Positions 34,817-44,133 are shown, numbered from the stretch's first letter. The stretch: DNA of 61,333 nucleotides from an uncultured Gammaproteobacteria bacterium (GCA_964392625.1 CAYMQG010000104.1:1-61333), one strand, 5' to 3'. Notes: a model not told the origin generated them from the sequence alone. A program made the numbers and translations.

Positions 34817-36010
34817 ATGACTGAGCCGGGGCCGGCACGATTGCGCAACAGGGTCCCGACCGCCGAAGAATTCGTCGACCGGGCCCGGGCGATCGTTCCG
34901 CAAATCAGGATGCGTGCGGGCGAAGCCGAGCGCCGGCGCACCCTGCCCGGCGACATGATGGACGTCGTCAGGGAAGCGGGCCTGCTGCACGCCTTCATTC
35001 CCGAGAGATACGGCGGCTACAACCTGAACTGGGGGCCGCAGATCGCGGCGGGCAGGGCGATCTCCGCGGGATGTCCGTCCACGGCGTGGCTGGTGTCGGT
35101 CGTGGGGTCGCATGCCGGCTATGTGGGGCGTATGTCGGAGGCGGCGCAGGACGACGTATGGGGCGGCGGCGAGGGCGTGCTGATCTGCACCGGAGCGGTT
35201 CCCATCGGCGTGGAGATGCGGCGCGCGGACGGCGGTTTCAGGGTCAGCGGTCAGTGGGCGTTCTGCAGCGGGGTCGATCACTCCGCCTGGGCGCTTCTTC
35301 GGGGCACGCCCGTCGGCGAAGAAGACGGGCCGCAGTACTACATGCTTTTCCCCAGCGACGACTTTTCGATTGTCGATGACTGGTTTGTTTCGGGCATGCG
35401 GGCAACCGGTTCGAAGTCGGTCCGTCTCGAGGACGCCTTTGTTCCCGAATATCGCACCCTGGCGCTGCCCGAATTGTTCGCGATGCATCCGCCGGGCTCG
35501 AAAGTGAGCAAGGGTCCCGTCTACAGCTACAGTTTCCGGGCCTATGCCGGCTCGGCCCTGATGGGGCCCATCATCGGCGCCGCGGAAGCGGCCTTCGACC
35601 TGTTCATCGAGGGGCTGAAGGAGTCCGGCAAGGACCTCGCCGACCCGTATGTGCAGATGCTCGTGGGCGAGACCGATGCCGAAGTGCGGGCGGCCGGCCA
35701 GCTGCTGGACAACGTCCTGAAAACGCAGGCCCATTACGCGACGCGCATGCTGCCGGTCCCGATGGAGCACAGGGTGGCGTTTGTCCGCGACCGGGCCTTC
35801 GCCTGCCGCCTGAGCCTGCGGGCGGTGGACAGAATGGCCGGTCAACTGGACCTTCAGCAGTCGCTTTCCGATACGCCGCTTCAGCGCTACCACCGGGACA
35901 TCTACGCGATGTGCCAGCAGATCGGCATCAACTGGGACCGCAACATGACGAATGTCGCCCGCCAGATCCTGGGCCTGAAGACCGACATTCCCTATCTGAA
36001 CGAAGCCTGA
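34817..36010 (+). CDS. Acyl-CoA-dehydrogenase-fold flavin-dependent monooxygenase (HsaA/HpaH-C2/DszC group)
   Basis: By eye it aligns along its whole length with HsaA-type oxygenases: ...RRTLPGDMMDVVREAGLLHAFIPERYGGYNL..., CPSTAWLVSVVGSH..., AQDDVWG, GQWAFCSGVDHSAW, VSGMRATGSKSVRLEDAFVPEYR. Confidence 0.7.
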   Translation: MTEPGPARLRNRVPTAEEFVDRARAIVPQIRMRAGEAERRRTLPGDMMDVVREAGLLHAFIPERYGGYNLNWGPQIAAGRAISAGCPSTAWLVSVVGSHAGYVGRMSEAAQDDVWGGGEGVLICTGAVPIGVEMRRADGGFRVSGQWAFCSGVDHSAWALLRGTPVGEEDGPQYYMLFPSDDFSIVDDWFVSGMRATGSKSVRLEDAFVPEYRTLALPELFAMHPPGSKVSKGPVYSYSFRAYAGSALMGPIIGAAEAAFDLFIEGLKESGKDLADPYVQMLVGETDAEVRAAGQLLDNVLKTQAHYATRMLPVPMEHRVAFVRDRAFACRLSLRAVDRMAGQLDLQQSLSDTPLQRYHRDIYAMCQQIGINWDRNMTNVARQILGLKTDIPYLNEA

Positions 36011-37146
36011 TGGATTCCGGGTCCCTGATGGAAGCGTTGTCGGCACTGGCCGGCGAATTGCGCATGGGCCGCAGGACCGACGAGTTGTTGCCGGCGCTGC
36101 GAAAAGAAGGCGCCTTCGCCTTGCTGCAGCCCGAAAGCCGGGGCGGGCGGGAGGCGGCCTGGCCCGAATTCGTTTCGGCCACGCGGCAGGCGGCCTCGGC
36201 CTGTCCCGCCGCCGGCTGGCTGATCGCCACCTGCGGCGCCAACGCCGTGCTGGTGGCGCGCATGCCGGAAGGCGCGCGGGAGGCGGTGTGGCCGGAGGAC
36301 ACGCGGCCGGTCATAGCCGGAGCGGGACGCCCGGTCGAGAGTGAAGTGCTGGCAACGAAAGCGGGGTTCAGGATTTCCGGTCGCTGGGAGAACGTTCTCG
36401 CCGGCGCATCGGCGGACTGGGTTCTGGCCTCGGCCCCGTTCGACGGCATGCCCTGCGTCGCGCTGATTCCGGCATCACGGCTGGAGGTCGAAAACGCTTC
36501 CGCCCAGGTGCTGCGGGGTTCGGGATGTGCGCACCTGCGCGCCGACGGGGTCGAAGTGCACCGGGATTGCCTGGCTGCCGTCTCCGACCTGTTGGCCGGC
36601 CGGGCGCAATCGGGGCATGGCAATCGCCTCTACAGCGGCGATTTCTCGATGCTGTACGGAGCCGCGCGACTGGGCGCCATGGTTGGGGCGGCGGAGGGGG
36701 CGTACAGGGAGTACGTGAACATCACGGAGAAGTGGGTGAGCGGTATCGGCGGTCATCAGGTCGCGAAATTCACCCAGGTGCAGGTGCGGCTCGCCGAAAC
36801 GAACGCGGAACTGGCCGTTGCCGCGCTGCTGCTGGACCAGTCCACCGCGGCCTTGCAGGATTACATCGAAAGCGGCCGGCTGCCCGGCGGCAGGGAGCGC
36901 GCGGAGTTGCGCCGCAACAACGCATACGTGGCGCGCAAGTCGCTGGAGTGCACCGAAAGGCTGGTCGTGCAAATGGGCGCGCGGGGGCTCCTGGACAGCA
37001 ACCCGGTCCAGCATTTCTTTGTCGATATTCGCGCGATGGCGGCCCATGAGAGCATGGAGTGGGCTTCGAACATGTCGGCCATGGGCAAGTCCCTTCTCGG
37101 TCTCGAAACGGAATCCGCGCCCGCTTCCCTTTTTGCCGGCGGCTGA
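36010..37146 (+). CDS. Divergent acyl-CoA-dehydrogenase-fold protein (second HsaA-like subunit or paralog)
   Basis: ATG 36010 overlaps the upstream stop (TGATG). Reads ACPAAGWLIATCGANA..., SGRWENVLAGASADW... The architecture matches the preceding gene but the conservation is weaker. Confidence 0.55.
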   Translation: MDSGSLMEALSALAGELRMGRRTDELLPALRKEGAFALLQPESRGGREAAWPEFVSATRQAASACPAAGWLIATCGANAVLVARMPEGAREAVWPEDTRPVIAGAGRPVESEVLATKAGFRISGRWENVLAGASADWVLASAPFDGMPCVALIPASRLEVENASAQVLRGSGCAHLRADGVEVHRDCLAAVSDLLAGRAQSGHGNRLYSGDFSMLYGAARLGAMVGAAEGAYREYVNITEKWVSGIGGHQVAKFTQVQVRLAETNAELAVAALLLDQSTAALQDYIESGRLPGGRERAELRRNNAYVARKSLECTERLVVQMGARGLLDSNPVQHFFVDIRAMAAHESMEWASNMSAMGKSLLGLETESAPASLFAGG

Positions 37147-37177
37147 CACGGGAACGATCGAGGAGCAGCGACTGGCT

Positions 37178-38602
37178 ATGGGCGAGAAAACGATTCCGGC
37201 GCGCAACCCGCGAACGGGGGTTGTCGACTACGAGTTCCAGGCCGCCTCGTGCGCCGACGTGGAGCGCGAAGTCGCGGACATGCGCGAACATCAGCCGGCG
37301 TGGGATGGGCTGGGCATCGACGGACGCAGCGCGGTCCTGCGCCGTTGGGCCGACACGGTCGATGAGCGCAGCGAGGCACTGCTCGAAGCCCTGGTGACCG
37401 ACACCGGGCGCTATTCGCTCTCGCGCGGCGAAGTGCTTGGGGTGCGCAGAAGGGTCGAGGCCTGGTGCGCGCAGGCGCCCGGGCTGATCGCCGAGGAGGA
37501 GCGGGTATCGCGGGTGAACAGCGACGTGGTGCTCGCCAATCAGTATGTTCCCTTCCGCGCGGTGGGCGTCATCAGTCCCTGGAATTTCCCGCTTACGCTT
37601 TCGCTGATCGACGGCCTGCCGGCGCTCTTTGCCGGCTGCAGCGTTGCGCTGAAGCCCAGCGAAGTCACGCCGCGATTCATCGGGCCGCTGAAGGAAAGCA
37701 TCCGGGCCGTGCCGGAACTGGCCGGCGTGTTCCGGGTCCTGCCCGGCGACGGCGAGACCGGCGCGGCGCTGGTGAAGCATGTGGACCTGGTCTGCTTCAC
37801 CGGCAGCGTGGCCACGGGCCGCAATGTCGCGGCCGCCGCGGGCGAGCGTTTCATCCCCGCTTACCTGGAGTTGGGCGGCAAGGACCCGGCGATGGTCATG
37901 GAAGGCGCCGACCTCGAAAGGGCCGCCGACGCGGTCGTGCGCCAGGCCGTGCTCAACAGCGGCCAGGTGTGCCTGTCGCTGGAGCGCATCTATGTGCAGG
38001 AGGGCGTATTCGACCAATTCCTCGATCTTCTGGTGGCCCGGGCCGCCAGGGTGCGACTCAACTACCCCGACATGCACTCGGGCCATATCGGCCCGCTGAT
38101 CAGCGGAGACCAGGCAGCCGTGATCAAGGAGCACCTGGCCGACGCGGTGGCCGGCGGCGCCACGGTCCATTGCGGCGGAAAGATCGAGAATCACGGGGGC
38201 GGCGACTGGTGCGCGGCCACGGTGCTGAGCGACGTCAATCACCGGATGAAGGTCATGACCGAGGAAACCTTCGGTCCGATCATCCCGGTAATGAAGTTTT
38301 CGGACGTGGAGGAAGGCATCGCACTCAGCAACGACAGCGACTACGGCCTTTCCGCAGCCGTGTTTGCCGAAACCGACGAGGAAGCGCTGGACATCGCGAA
38401 GCGGATCAACTGTGGCGGGATGAGCATCAACGACGCGGGCCTGCAGTCGGTGACCACCGAGTGCGAGAAGCAGAGCTTCAACTATTCCGGTCTCGGCGCG
38501 TCCCGCATGGGGCCTTCCGGGATGTTGCGGTTCTTCCGCAAGAAGGCGCTGATGACCCAGAAGGGCTACCCGCGAACCATCGATGAACTCGGCGAAGTTT
38601 GA
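37178..38602 (+). CDS. NAD(P)-dependent aldehyde dehydrogenase
   Basis: Carries LELGGKDPAMV and the catalytic-Cys region NSGQVCLSLERIYV. A GAGGAG sequence lies 12 nt upstream of ATG 37178. Confidence 0.85.
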   Translation: MGEKTIPARNPRTGVVDYEFQAASCADVEREVADMREHQPAWDGLGIDGRSAVLRRWADTVDERSEALLEALVTDTGRYSLSRGEVLGVRRRVEAWCAQAPGLIAEEERVSRVNSDVVLANQYVPFRAVGVISPWNFPLTLSLIDGLPALFAGCSVALKPSEVTPRFIGPLKESIRAVPELAGVFRVLPGDGETGAALVKHVDLVCFTGSVATGRNVAAAAGERFIPAYLELGGKDPAMVMEGADLERAADAVVRQAVLNSGQVCLSLERIYVQEGVFDQFLDLLVARAARVRLNYPDMHSGHIGPLISGDQAAVIKEHLADAVAGGATVHCGGKIENHGGGDWCAATVLSDVNHRMKVMTEETFGPIIPVMKFSDVEEGIALSNDSDYGLSAAVFAETDEEALDIAKRINCGGMSINDAGLQSVTTECEKQSFNYSGLGASRMGPSGMLRFFRKKALMTQKGYPRTIDELGEV

Positions 38603-39998
38603 TGTCGTCGTAGTCGGCGGAGGCACGGCCGGCATTCCCGCCGCCATCGCCGTCGCGGAGCGCGGCGGCACGGTGTGCATCGTCGAAGCGACCGCCGCCC
38701 TGGGCGGCACCTGCACGATCAGTTGGGGCCAGATGAGCGGCGCCGGCACCCGGATCCAGGCGGAAAAGGGCATTGCCGATTCCTGGCGCGACCACTACGA
38801 GGACGCCGTTCGCATCACCCAGGGCACGGCCAAAGATGAATTCCTGCGCCTGGCGACGAAGATCCAGGGGCCCCTGATCGACTGGCTGGAGGAAAACGGC
38901 TTCGAAATGGCCCCGGAAGTGCCCGGGATCCTCTACGCGCACGAACCCTATACGGCGGCCCGGCTGTACTGGGGCAACGATCGGGGTCAGTCCATCTGCA
39001 AGGTGCTGTTCAGACTGCTTGAGCCCCTGGTCGACGACGGGCTGGTGACCGTTCGCCTGAACACGGCGATGCGCGAGATCCTGGTCGACGACGACGGCGT
39101 CGTACAGGGAATATCCACCGAAGGCGGGGAGCGGATACTCGCCCGCAGCACCTTCCTGACTACCGGTGGCTACTCGGGCAACAGGGAGTTCTACGAGAAG
39201 ATGCATCCGGGTGTCACCCTTTATCCGGGCACCTGGGAGCACTCGCGCGGAGACGGCATCCGGGCGGCCATGGCGATCGGCGCGGCGACCTGGAACGAGG
39301 AAAACTTTTCGCTGGGCATGGGCGGGATTTACGACAGCACGACGCAATATCCTCGCTATTGCGGCATCGGCGGCCTGACCCCCCAGGTGCGGCTGCCCTG
39401 GGAGATCCTGGTCAACCAGGAAGGCCAGCGGTTCATGGCCGAAGACCACGAGGGCTACGAGTACCGGGCGACCCGCCTGCGCAGGCAGACCGGCAACCGC
39501 GCCTGGTTGGTCTTCGACGAGGCGATCCGCAAAAACGCGCCCAATGTGTTCCTGCGCTGGTCCGGCGAAACGCTGGAGAGGCTCTACAACAACGGGCGCA
39601 CGGTCAAGAAGGGTTCAACCCTGGATGAGCTTGCCGAAAACTGCGGAATCACGGACGAGGCGGCCCTGGCCGGCGCCGTCAGCGATTACAACAAGTCCTG
39701 CGAGAGCGGTCGGGACGGCTTCGGCCGCAGGCATTTTCCGCAAAAGATCGAGGCCGGGCCTTTCTACGCGGTCGAGATTGCCAGCTACGCAGTGCGCGGC
39801 AGCGTCGGCATCAAGGTCGATGCCCGGTTTCGCGTGCTCGACACGCAAGACCGGCCGATCGGAAATCTGTATGCCGCGGGCGAAATCCTCGGCGGCGGAC
39901 TGTTCGGCGCCGCGGCCGTCGCCGGCATGGGGATCACGCCGGCTCTGGCGTTCGGCCAGTACGTCGGCGAGAAGCTGATTCCGCTGGGAGAAAACTAG
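38583..39998 (+). CDS. FAD-binding flavoprotein of the fumarate-reductase / 3-ketosteroid-delta1-dehydrogenase (FAD_binding_2) type
   Basis: Carries FDVVVVGGGTAGIPAAIAVAERGGTVCIVE and a C-terminal NLYAAGEILGGGLFG...ALAFGQYVG. Confidence 0.7.
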   Translation: MNSAKFDVVVVGGGTAGIPAAIAVAERGGTVCIVEATAALGGTCTISWGQMSGAGTRIQAEKGIADSWRDHYEDAVRITQGTAKDEFLRLATKIQGPLIDWLEENGFEMAPEVPGILYAHEPYTAARLYWGNDRGQSICKVLFRLLEPLVDDGLVTVRLNTAMREILVDDDGVVQGISTEGGERILARSTFLTTGGYSGNREFYEKMHPGVTLYPGTWEHSRGDGIRAAMAIGAATWNEENFSLGMGGIYDSTTQYPRYCGIGGLTPQVRLPWEILVNQEGQRFMAEDHEGYEYRATRLRRQTGNRAWLVFDEAIRKNAPNVFLRWSGETLERLYNNGRTVKKGSTLDELAENCGITDEAALAGAVSDYNKSCESGRDGFGRRHFPQKIEAGPFYAVEIASYAVRGSVGIKVDARFRVLDTQDRPIGNLYAAGEILGGGLFGAAAVAGMGITPALAFGQYVGEKLIPLGEN

Positions 39999-40924
39999 GC
40001 GGCCTGATACTCCGTCAGGCTGAGCATCGAGCATTTCAGGCCGGTTTGCAGCTCGTTCACTACCTCGCCCGTTTCGATGTTCCTGCGTTGCAGCAGCCCC
40101 TGGGTGAAGTTGCTCAGGTAGAAGTGTTCTCCGTCCAGGGCCAGCTTCGCGCGAGTCCAGCCCCGGTCGAACGGCACGTCGTAGTTCCTGAGGATATTCC
40201 CCTCGGGACTGAACAGTACGGCGCCCGAACTGCAGGCCATCAGCACCTCGCCGCCGGGAAGCACGCCCATCCCGTAGGTCCTGAGCGAATCATCCTCGCC
40301 AAAAGTGAGGAAATCGTCCAGTTGCCGCCGCGATTGCGTGTCGTAGCGGCCAAGACGCCTGCCCGACTCGGATACGTAGTAGATGGTCGTGTCATCGGGG
40401 GCGATCGCCAGGTTGCTGATGCAGTGTCGGCCGCGGCGCCCGCCGTCGATTTCCACCTCGAAGAAGTGGACGGTCTCGGTGTGGGGATTGAAGCGGATCA
40501 GCTTGCCGTCGCCGAATTCGTCCTCGATCGGCGCGCCGTAGAGTGAATGCACGCCGATCACGATGTCGCCGTTTCGCGCCAGCGCCATGTTCCCGTAGCG
40601 CCGCACCGGCAGGTAGCTCGTCAGGCGGTGTTTTTCTCCCGCCGGATCGTAAACAAGCAGGCTGTTCTCCTGCGGGTTGGTGGCGTAGAGGCGCCGGTCG
40701 TTCGGGTTGTACAGCAGGCCGACCAGCAGTCCCGACTCGCCCGTCCAGAGTTCGCCCTTGGCATTGAAGTCCCGGTCGTAGTGGACGATGCGGCAGAGGC
40801 CGGATATTCCCTTGCGGAAATCGATATTGTCCTGGTCGATTTCGTTCAGGGCCAGGAAGAAATCGCCTTCCTGGAGGTCGCCGAGGTCGGCGGTATCGTG
40901 GCGCTTCCAGGAGTCAATTCCCAT
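39995..40924 (-). CDS. Hypothetical protein, probable beta-propeller (NHL/YncE-like repeats)
   Basis: 309 aa with repeated strand-rich blocks (...RLYATNPQENSLLVYD..., ...TIYYVSESGRRLGRYD...). I recognised no catalytic motif. Its stop overlaps the convergent stop (CTAG). Confidence 0.4.
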   Translation of the reverse strand: MGIDSWKRHDTADLGDLQEGDFFLALNEIDQDNIDFRKGISGLCRIVHYDRDFNAKGELWTGESGLLVGLLYNPNDRRLYATNPQENSLLVYDPAGEKHRLTSYLPVRRYGNMALARNGDIVIGVHSLYGAPIEDEFGDGKLIRFNPHTETVHFFEVEIDGGRRGRHCISNLAIAPDDTTIYYVSESGRRLGRYDTQSRRQLDDFLTFGEDDSLRTYGMGVLPGGEVLMACSSGAVLFSPEGNILRNYDVPFDRGWTRAKLALDGEHFYLSNFTQGLLQRRNIETGEVVNELQTGLKCSMLSLTEYQAA

Positions 40925-40944
40925 CCCGCTCCTCCTTCCCGCGC

Positions 40945-42534
40945 CTAGGGCGCCTCGCGAATGCTCAGGTCCCTGGCCATCTTGGGCGTATAGGTGTTCC
41001 TCCAGCCCTGCACGCGCGGGTTCACGAGGAAGGCCCTGGACTGGAAATACGTGGGTATGACCGGAAAGTCGCCCATCACCTGTTGCTCGATTTCCCTCAG
41101 GTACGCCGTGCGTTCTTCCGTCGATCGGATCGTGTCGGCAATTACCAGCCGCTCGTTGATGTCAGCGTTGGAATAGCCCGAATAGTTGCGGAAACTGTCT
41201 CCCCTGACCAGCGCAAAGAACGAAACCGGGTCCGGGAAAATGGAGTAGTAGGTCAGCCGCATCACCTCGTAGTCCCGGGAAGCGGCGCGGTTCATGAGGT
41301 CGCGGGCGCCGGCGGTTTCGAGTTCGGCTTCAACGCCGGCGCTCTGCCACATGGAGCGGTAGGCCACGGCCAGGCGGCGGTCCTTCTCGACCGGCGCGAA
41401 ATGGAAGGTGAATCGAAGAGGATTGCCGCGGTTGAAGCCGGCTTCCGCCAGCAGCCTGCGCGCTTCGGTCCAGCGCTCTTCCTGGGTCATCCTGGCGAAT
41501 TCGGGGGATTCCCCGGCGCTCCCCCAGATCGCGTTGGGGACGACCGAATAGGCGGGCTCGTCGCCGGTCCTGAGCAGCTTGTCGACGATGACGTCACGAT
41601 CGATGGACAGCGACAGCGCCTTGCGCACGCGCAGGTCGTCGAACGGAGGCCGGGAGTTGTTGATGACCAGGTAGCAGAGGCCGATTCCCCGCGCCAGGCG
41701 GAATTCTTCGGGCCGGGTCTTGCGGAGGTTCTCGTACTGGTTGGACGGGATGTTCAGGATCACGTCCAGCTCGCCGGCCTGGTAACGCTTCAACGACGTG
41801 GTGGGCGAGGGGACGGGATAGTAGAAGACCTCTTCGATGCTGACCTTGTCCGCGCCGTGGTAATGCGGGTTCTTCACCAGTTGATAGTAGGTATTGGTGA
41901 CGACCTTGTTCAGCACGTAGGCGCCGTTGGTGACCATGTTGCCGGGCTGCGTCCATCTCCGGCCGTGTTTCTCGATGGCGTGACGCGGCACGGGCGCATT
42001 GCTGTACGACGCCAGCAACTGGATGAAGTAGGGCGCCGGTCCGTCGAGAACGATCTCCAGCGTGGTTGGGGAAATCGCCGTCACGCCCAGCTCGTCGACC
42101 GGCTTCTCGCCCAGCGAAATGCCCCAGGCGTTCAGCACCGGGAACAGCGCGCTGGCGCCGCGGGTGCCCGACAGCGGATCGAGTATGCGCTTGTACGACC
42201 AGACAAAGTCCCCGGCGGTAATCTGCCTGCCGTCCGACCATTTCGCGTTCTCGTTGAGCTGAAACGTATAGACTCTGCCGTCCTCGGAGATCGTCCAGCT
42301 CTCGGCGATCGCCGGGATGATGCTGCCGTCCGGCGCCCGCGTTACCAGGCCCTCGAAAAGGTCGTACATGATGGCCCCGGCGGAGTTGCCGATCACGTAC
42401 TGGGGATCGAAGGACGGCAGTTCGACGTTGGTCCCGCGCCGCAGCACGCCGGCCTCCAGTTCCGGCACGACCGGTGGCGCGAGCAGCAGCACGGCGAAAA
42501 GCAGTGGCACGGTCGTCCGCCTCATGCCCGACAC
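40945..42534 (-). CDS. ABC transporter substrate-binding protein, family 5 (DppA/OppA-like)
   Basis: Signal peptide followed by ...LPSFDPQYVIGNSAGAIMYDLFEGLV...AESW..S.DG..YTF.L...AKWSDG, typical of SBP_bac_5 proteins. Confidence 0.8.
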   Translation of the reverse strand: MSGMRRTTVPLLFAVLLLAPPVVPELEAGVLRRGTNVELPSFDPQYVIGNSAGAIMYDLFEGLVTRAPDGSIIPAIAESWTISEDGRVYTFQLNENAKWSDGRQITAGDFVWSYKRILDPLSGTRGASALFPVLNAWGISLGEKPVDELGVTAISPTTLEIVLDGPAPYFIQLLASYSNAPVPRHAIEKHGRRWTQPGNMVTNGAYVLNKVVTNTYYQLVKNPHYHGADKVSIEEVFYYPVPSPTTSLKRYQAGELDVILNIPSNQYENLRKTRPEEFRLARGIGLCYLVINNSRPPFDDLRVRKALSLSIDRDVIVDKLLRTGDEPAYSVVPNAIWGSAGESPEFARMTQEERWTEARRLLAEAGFNRGNPLRFTFHFAPVEKDRRLAVAYRSMWQSAGVEAELETAGARDLMNRAASRDYEVMRLTYYSIFPDPVSFFALVRGDSFRNYSGYSNADINERLVIADTIRSTEERTAYLREIEQQVMGDFPVIPTYFQSRAFLVNPRVQGWRNTYTPKMARDLSIREAP

Positions 42535-42543
42535 TTTACCCTG

Positions 42544-44133
42544 TCAGCGCGCCATCAGCACGACGATCCGGCCCGGCCCGTCCGCGGAAGGATGCTGGAT
42601 ATAGACATCGTCCTTGCCGTCCCCGTCGAGGTCGGCAATCCTTGCATTGCGTTCGTCGGAGGACATTGGCGCCGTCACGCTGATCGCTTGCGGCGCGACC
42701 GGCTCGCTTCCCGCCACGCCCAGGAACACGCTCAGTTCGTCCCAGCGTTCGCCGATCAACAGGTCGGCACGGCCGTCGCCGTCAACATCGCCCGTGAGGA
42801 TGGTCGGGAACATCGGCCCGCGCTTGTCCAAAGGCGCGAAGGGGCTGCGCACGTTTCGCGTCCAGTCGGGCTCCGCGCCGTGCTCCCCATTCCGGATCCG
42901 GTAGAACGCAAGATCGATTGAAACGGAATTTCCGACCATGGCGCCGAACATGTTGCCGAGGTCGATGTCGACGGCGCCAATGGCCGTGTCGTTGACGCCG
43001 TCGCCGTCGAAGTCGAAGAAACGCTGTGACGCATAGCCCCAGGGCTGCAGACCGCCGGCTTTCCCCGGCGAATCGAAGGAGGCGTCGGCAGCGGCCGGGA
43101 AGCTCGCGCCGCCTGGCCTGGCCCGGCCGAAATGCACGTTGTAGCGGCCGCGCAGCCGGAACGGGCTGCGCCCCTCCAGCGTCAGCGTGACCAGGTCGGC
43201 CACGGCGTCGCCGTTGAGATCATGGAATCCCTGCAGGATCGTGTGCTGCGTATGCGGTCCGAACCCGAGCAGCATCGACGGCACGCTCGCGTCGCCGAAC
43301 TGGAAGGCCAGGCCGTACGAGCCGTCGAAGTCGAACTCCACCTCGGTCGTGAAGGTGTCGGGTGGATCGCCGAAACCGCCGGACCCGTCCTGCCGGTAGG
43401 CCAGAAACCGGTCCCCATCCCAGAAAACGAGGTCCCGGCGCCCGTCAAGGTCGAAATCGAAGTGATGGACACGGCTCAAGTACCAGGACAGGTTCTCGGC
43501 CGTGATACCGACTTGCGCGTAGGTGCGCTTGTCGCCATAGGCCTTCGCGTTCGCAAACGGATCGCCGGGCCCCAGCTTTTTCACCTGGCCGAAGGAACCG
43601 TCCTCCGACTGCAGAGCGAGCCAGAAGCCGTCGGTGTCGGGCGCCAGCAGGTCGTCCAGCCCGTCGCCGTTCACGTCGCGCGCGATGTCGAGATGCGGTA
43701 CGCCGTCCTCGCCCGTGGCCCGGTAGGGGATCCTCAGATCGACGAGCGGAAGCTGCTCGCCCGACTCCGGATCGATCCACTCCACGCGCCCCCGCCGATA
43801 CGTGATGAGCCGGTCCCGCCCCGCAATCCGCGCGAAATCCACGAACCGGACGGTGGGGTCAAGCTCGCCGTCAAGGGTCGTTATCCAGTCCCCGCTTTCC
43901 AGTGCGATCAACCGAATGTGACCGGACTGCGCCGGATCCATGCCGATCACGGCAAGCTGGGCGCGCCCGGAACCGTCGAAATTTCCCGTGAGCACGGTCT
44001 GGTGCAGCGCCGCCGGCGTGCCGATCTCGTGCGTCTCGAAGAGCGCGATGTCCTGTTGCGCCGTCAGGCTTGAAGTGCATCCGGCGAGGGCCAGGGCAAG
44101 GGCCGGTGCGGCAGCAATCCGGTGCGTAATCAT
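42544..44133 (-). CDS. FG-GAP/VCBS-repeat lipoprotein
   Basis: Lipobox ALALAGCTSS after ATG 44133, with a GGAGG RBS. Repeated Ca-binding-like loops DVNGDGLDDLL, DLDGRRDLV, DLNGDAVADLV, DFDGDGVNDT, GDVDGDGRADLL, DLDGDGKDDVY. Confidence 0.7.
   Translation of the reverse strand: MITHRIAAAPALALALAGCTSSLTAQQDIALFETHEIGTPAALHQTVLTGNFDGSGRAQLAVIGMDPAQSGHIRLIALESGDWITTLDGELDPTVRFVDFARIAGRDRLITYRRGRVEWIDPESGEQLPLVDLRIPYRATGEDGVPHLDIARDVNGDGLDDLLAPDTDGFWLALQSEDGSFGQVKKLGPGDPFANAKAYGDKRTYAQVGITAENLSWYLSRVHHFDFDLDGRRDLVFWDGDRFLAYRQDGSGGFGDPPDTFTTEVEFDFDGSYGLAFQFGDASVPSMLLGFGPHTQHTILQGFHDLNGDAVADLVTLTLEGRSPFRLRGRYNVHFGRARPGGASFPAAADASFDSPGKAGGLQPWGYASQRFFDFDGDGVNDTAIGAVDIDLGNMFGAMVGNSVSIDLAFYRIRNGEHGAEPDWTRNVRSPFAPLDKRGPMFPTILTGDVDGDGRADLLIGERWDELSVFLGVAGSEPVAPQAISVTAPMSSDERNARIADLDGDGKDDVYIQHPSADGPGRIVVLMAR

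Noticed and set aside
34781-38773. Long minus-strand ORFs 34781..36046 (421 aa) and 36770..38773 (667 aa), and the plus-strand alternative-frame ORF 37465..38586.
   Set aside because: These are shadows or alternative frames of the HsaA-like and ALDH genes. They are low-complexity, Arg/Pro/Gly-rich translations with no motifs.
41083-42921. A 612-aa plus-strand ORF opposite the SBP and FG-GAP genes.
   Set aside because: It is an antisense shadow spanning two real minus-strand genes and their intergenic gap.
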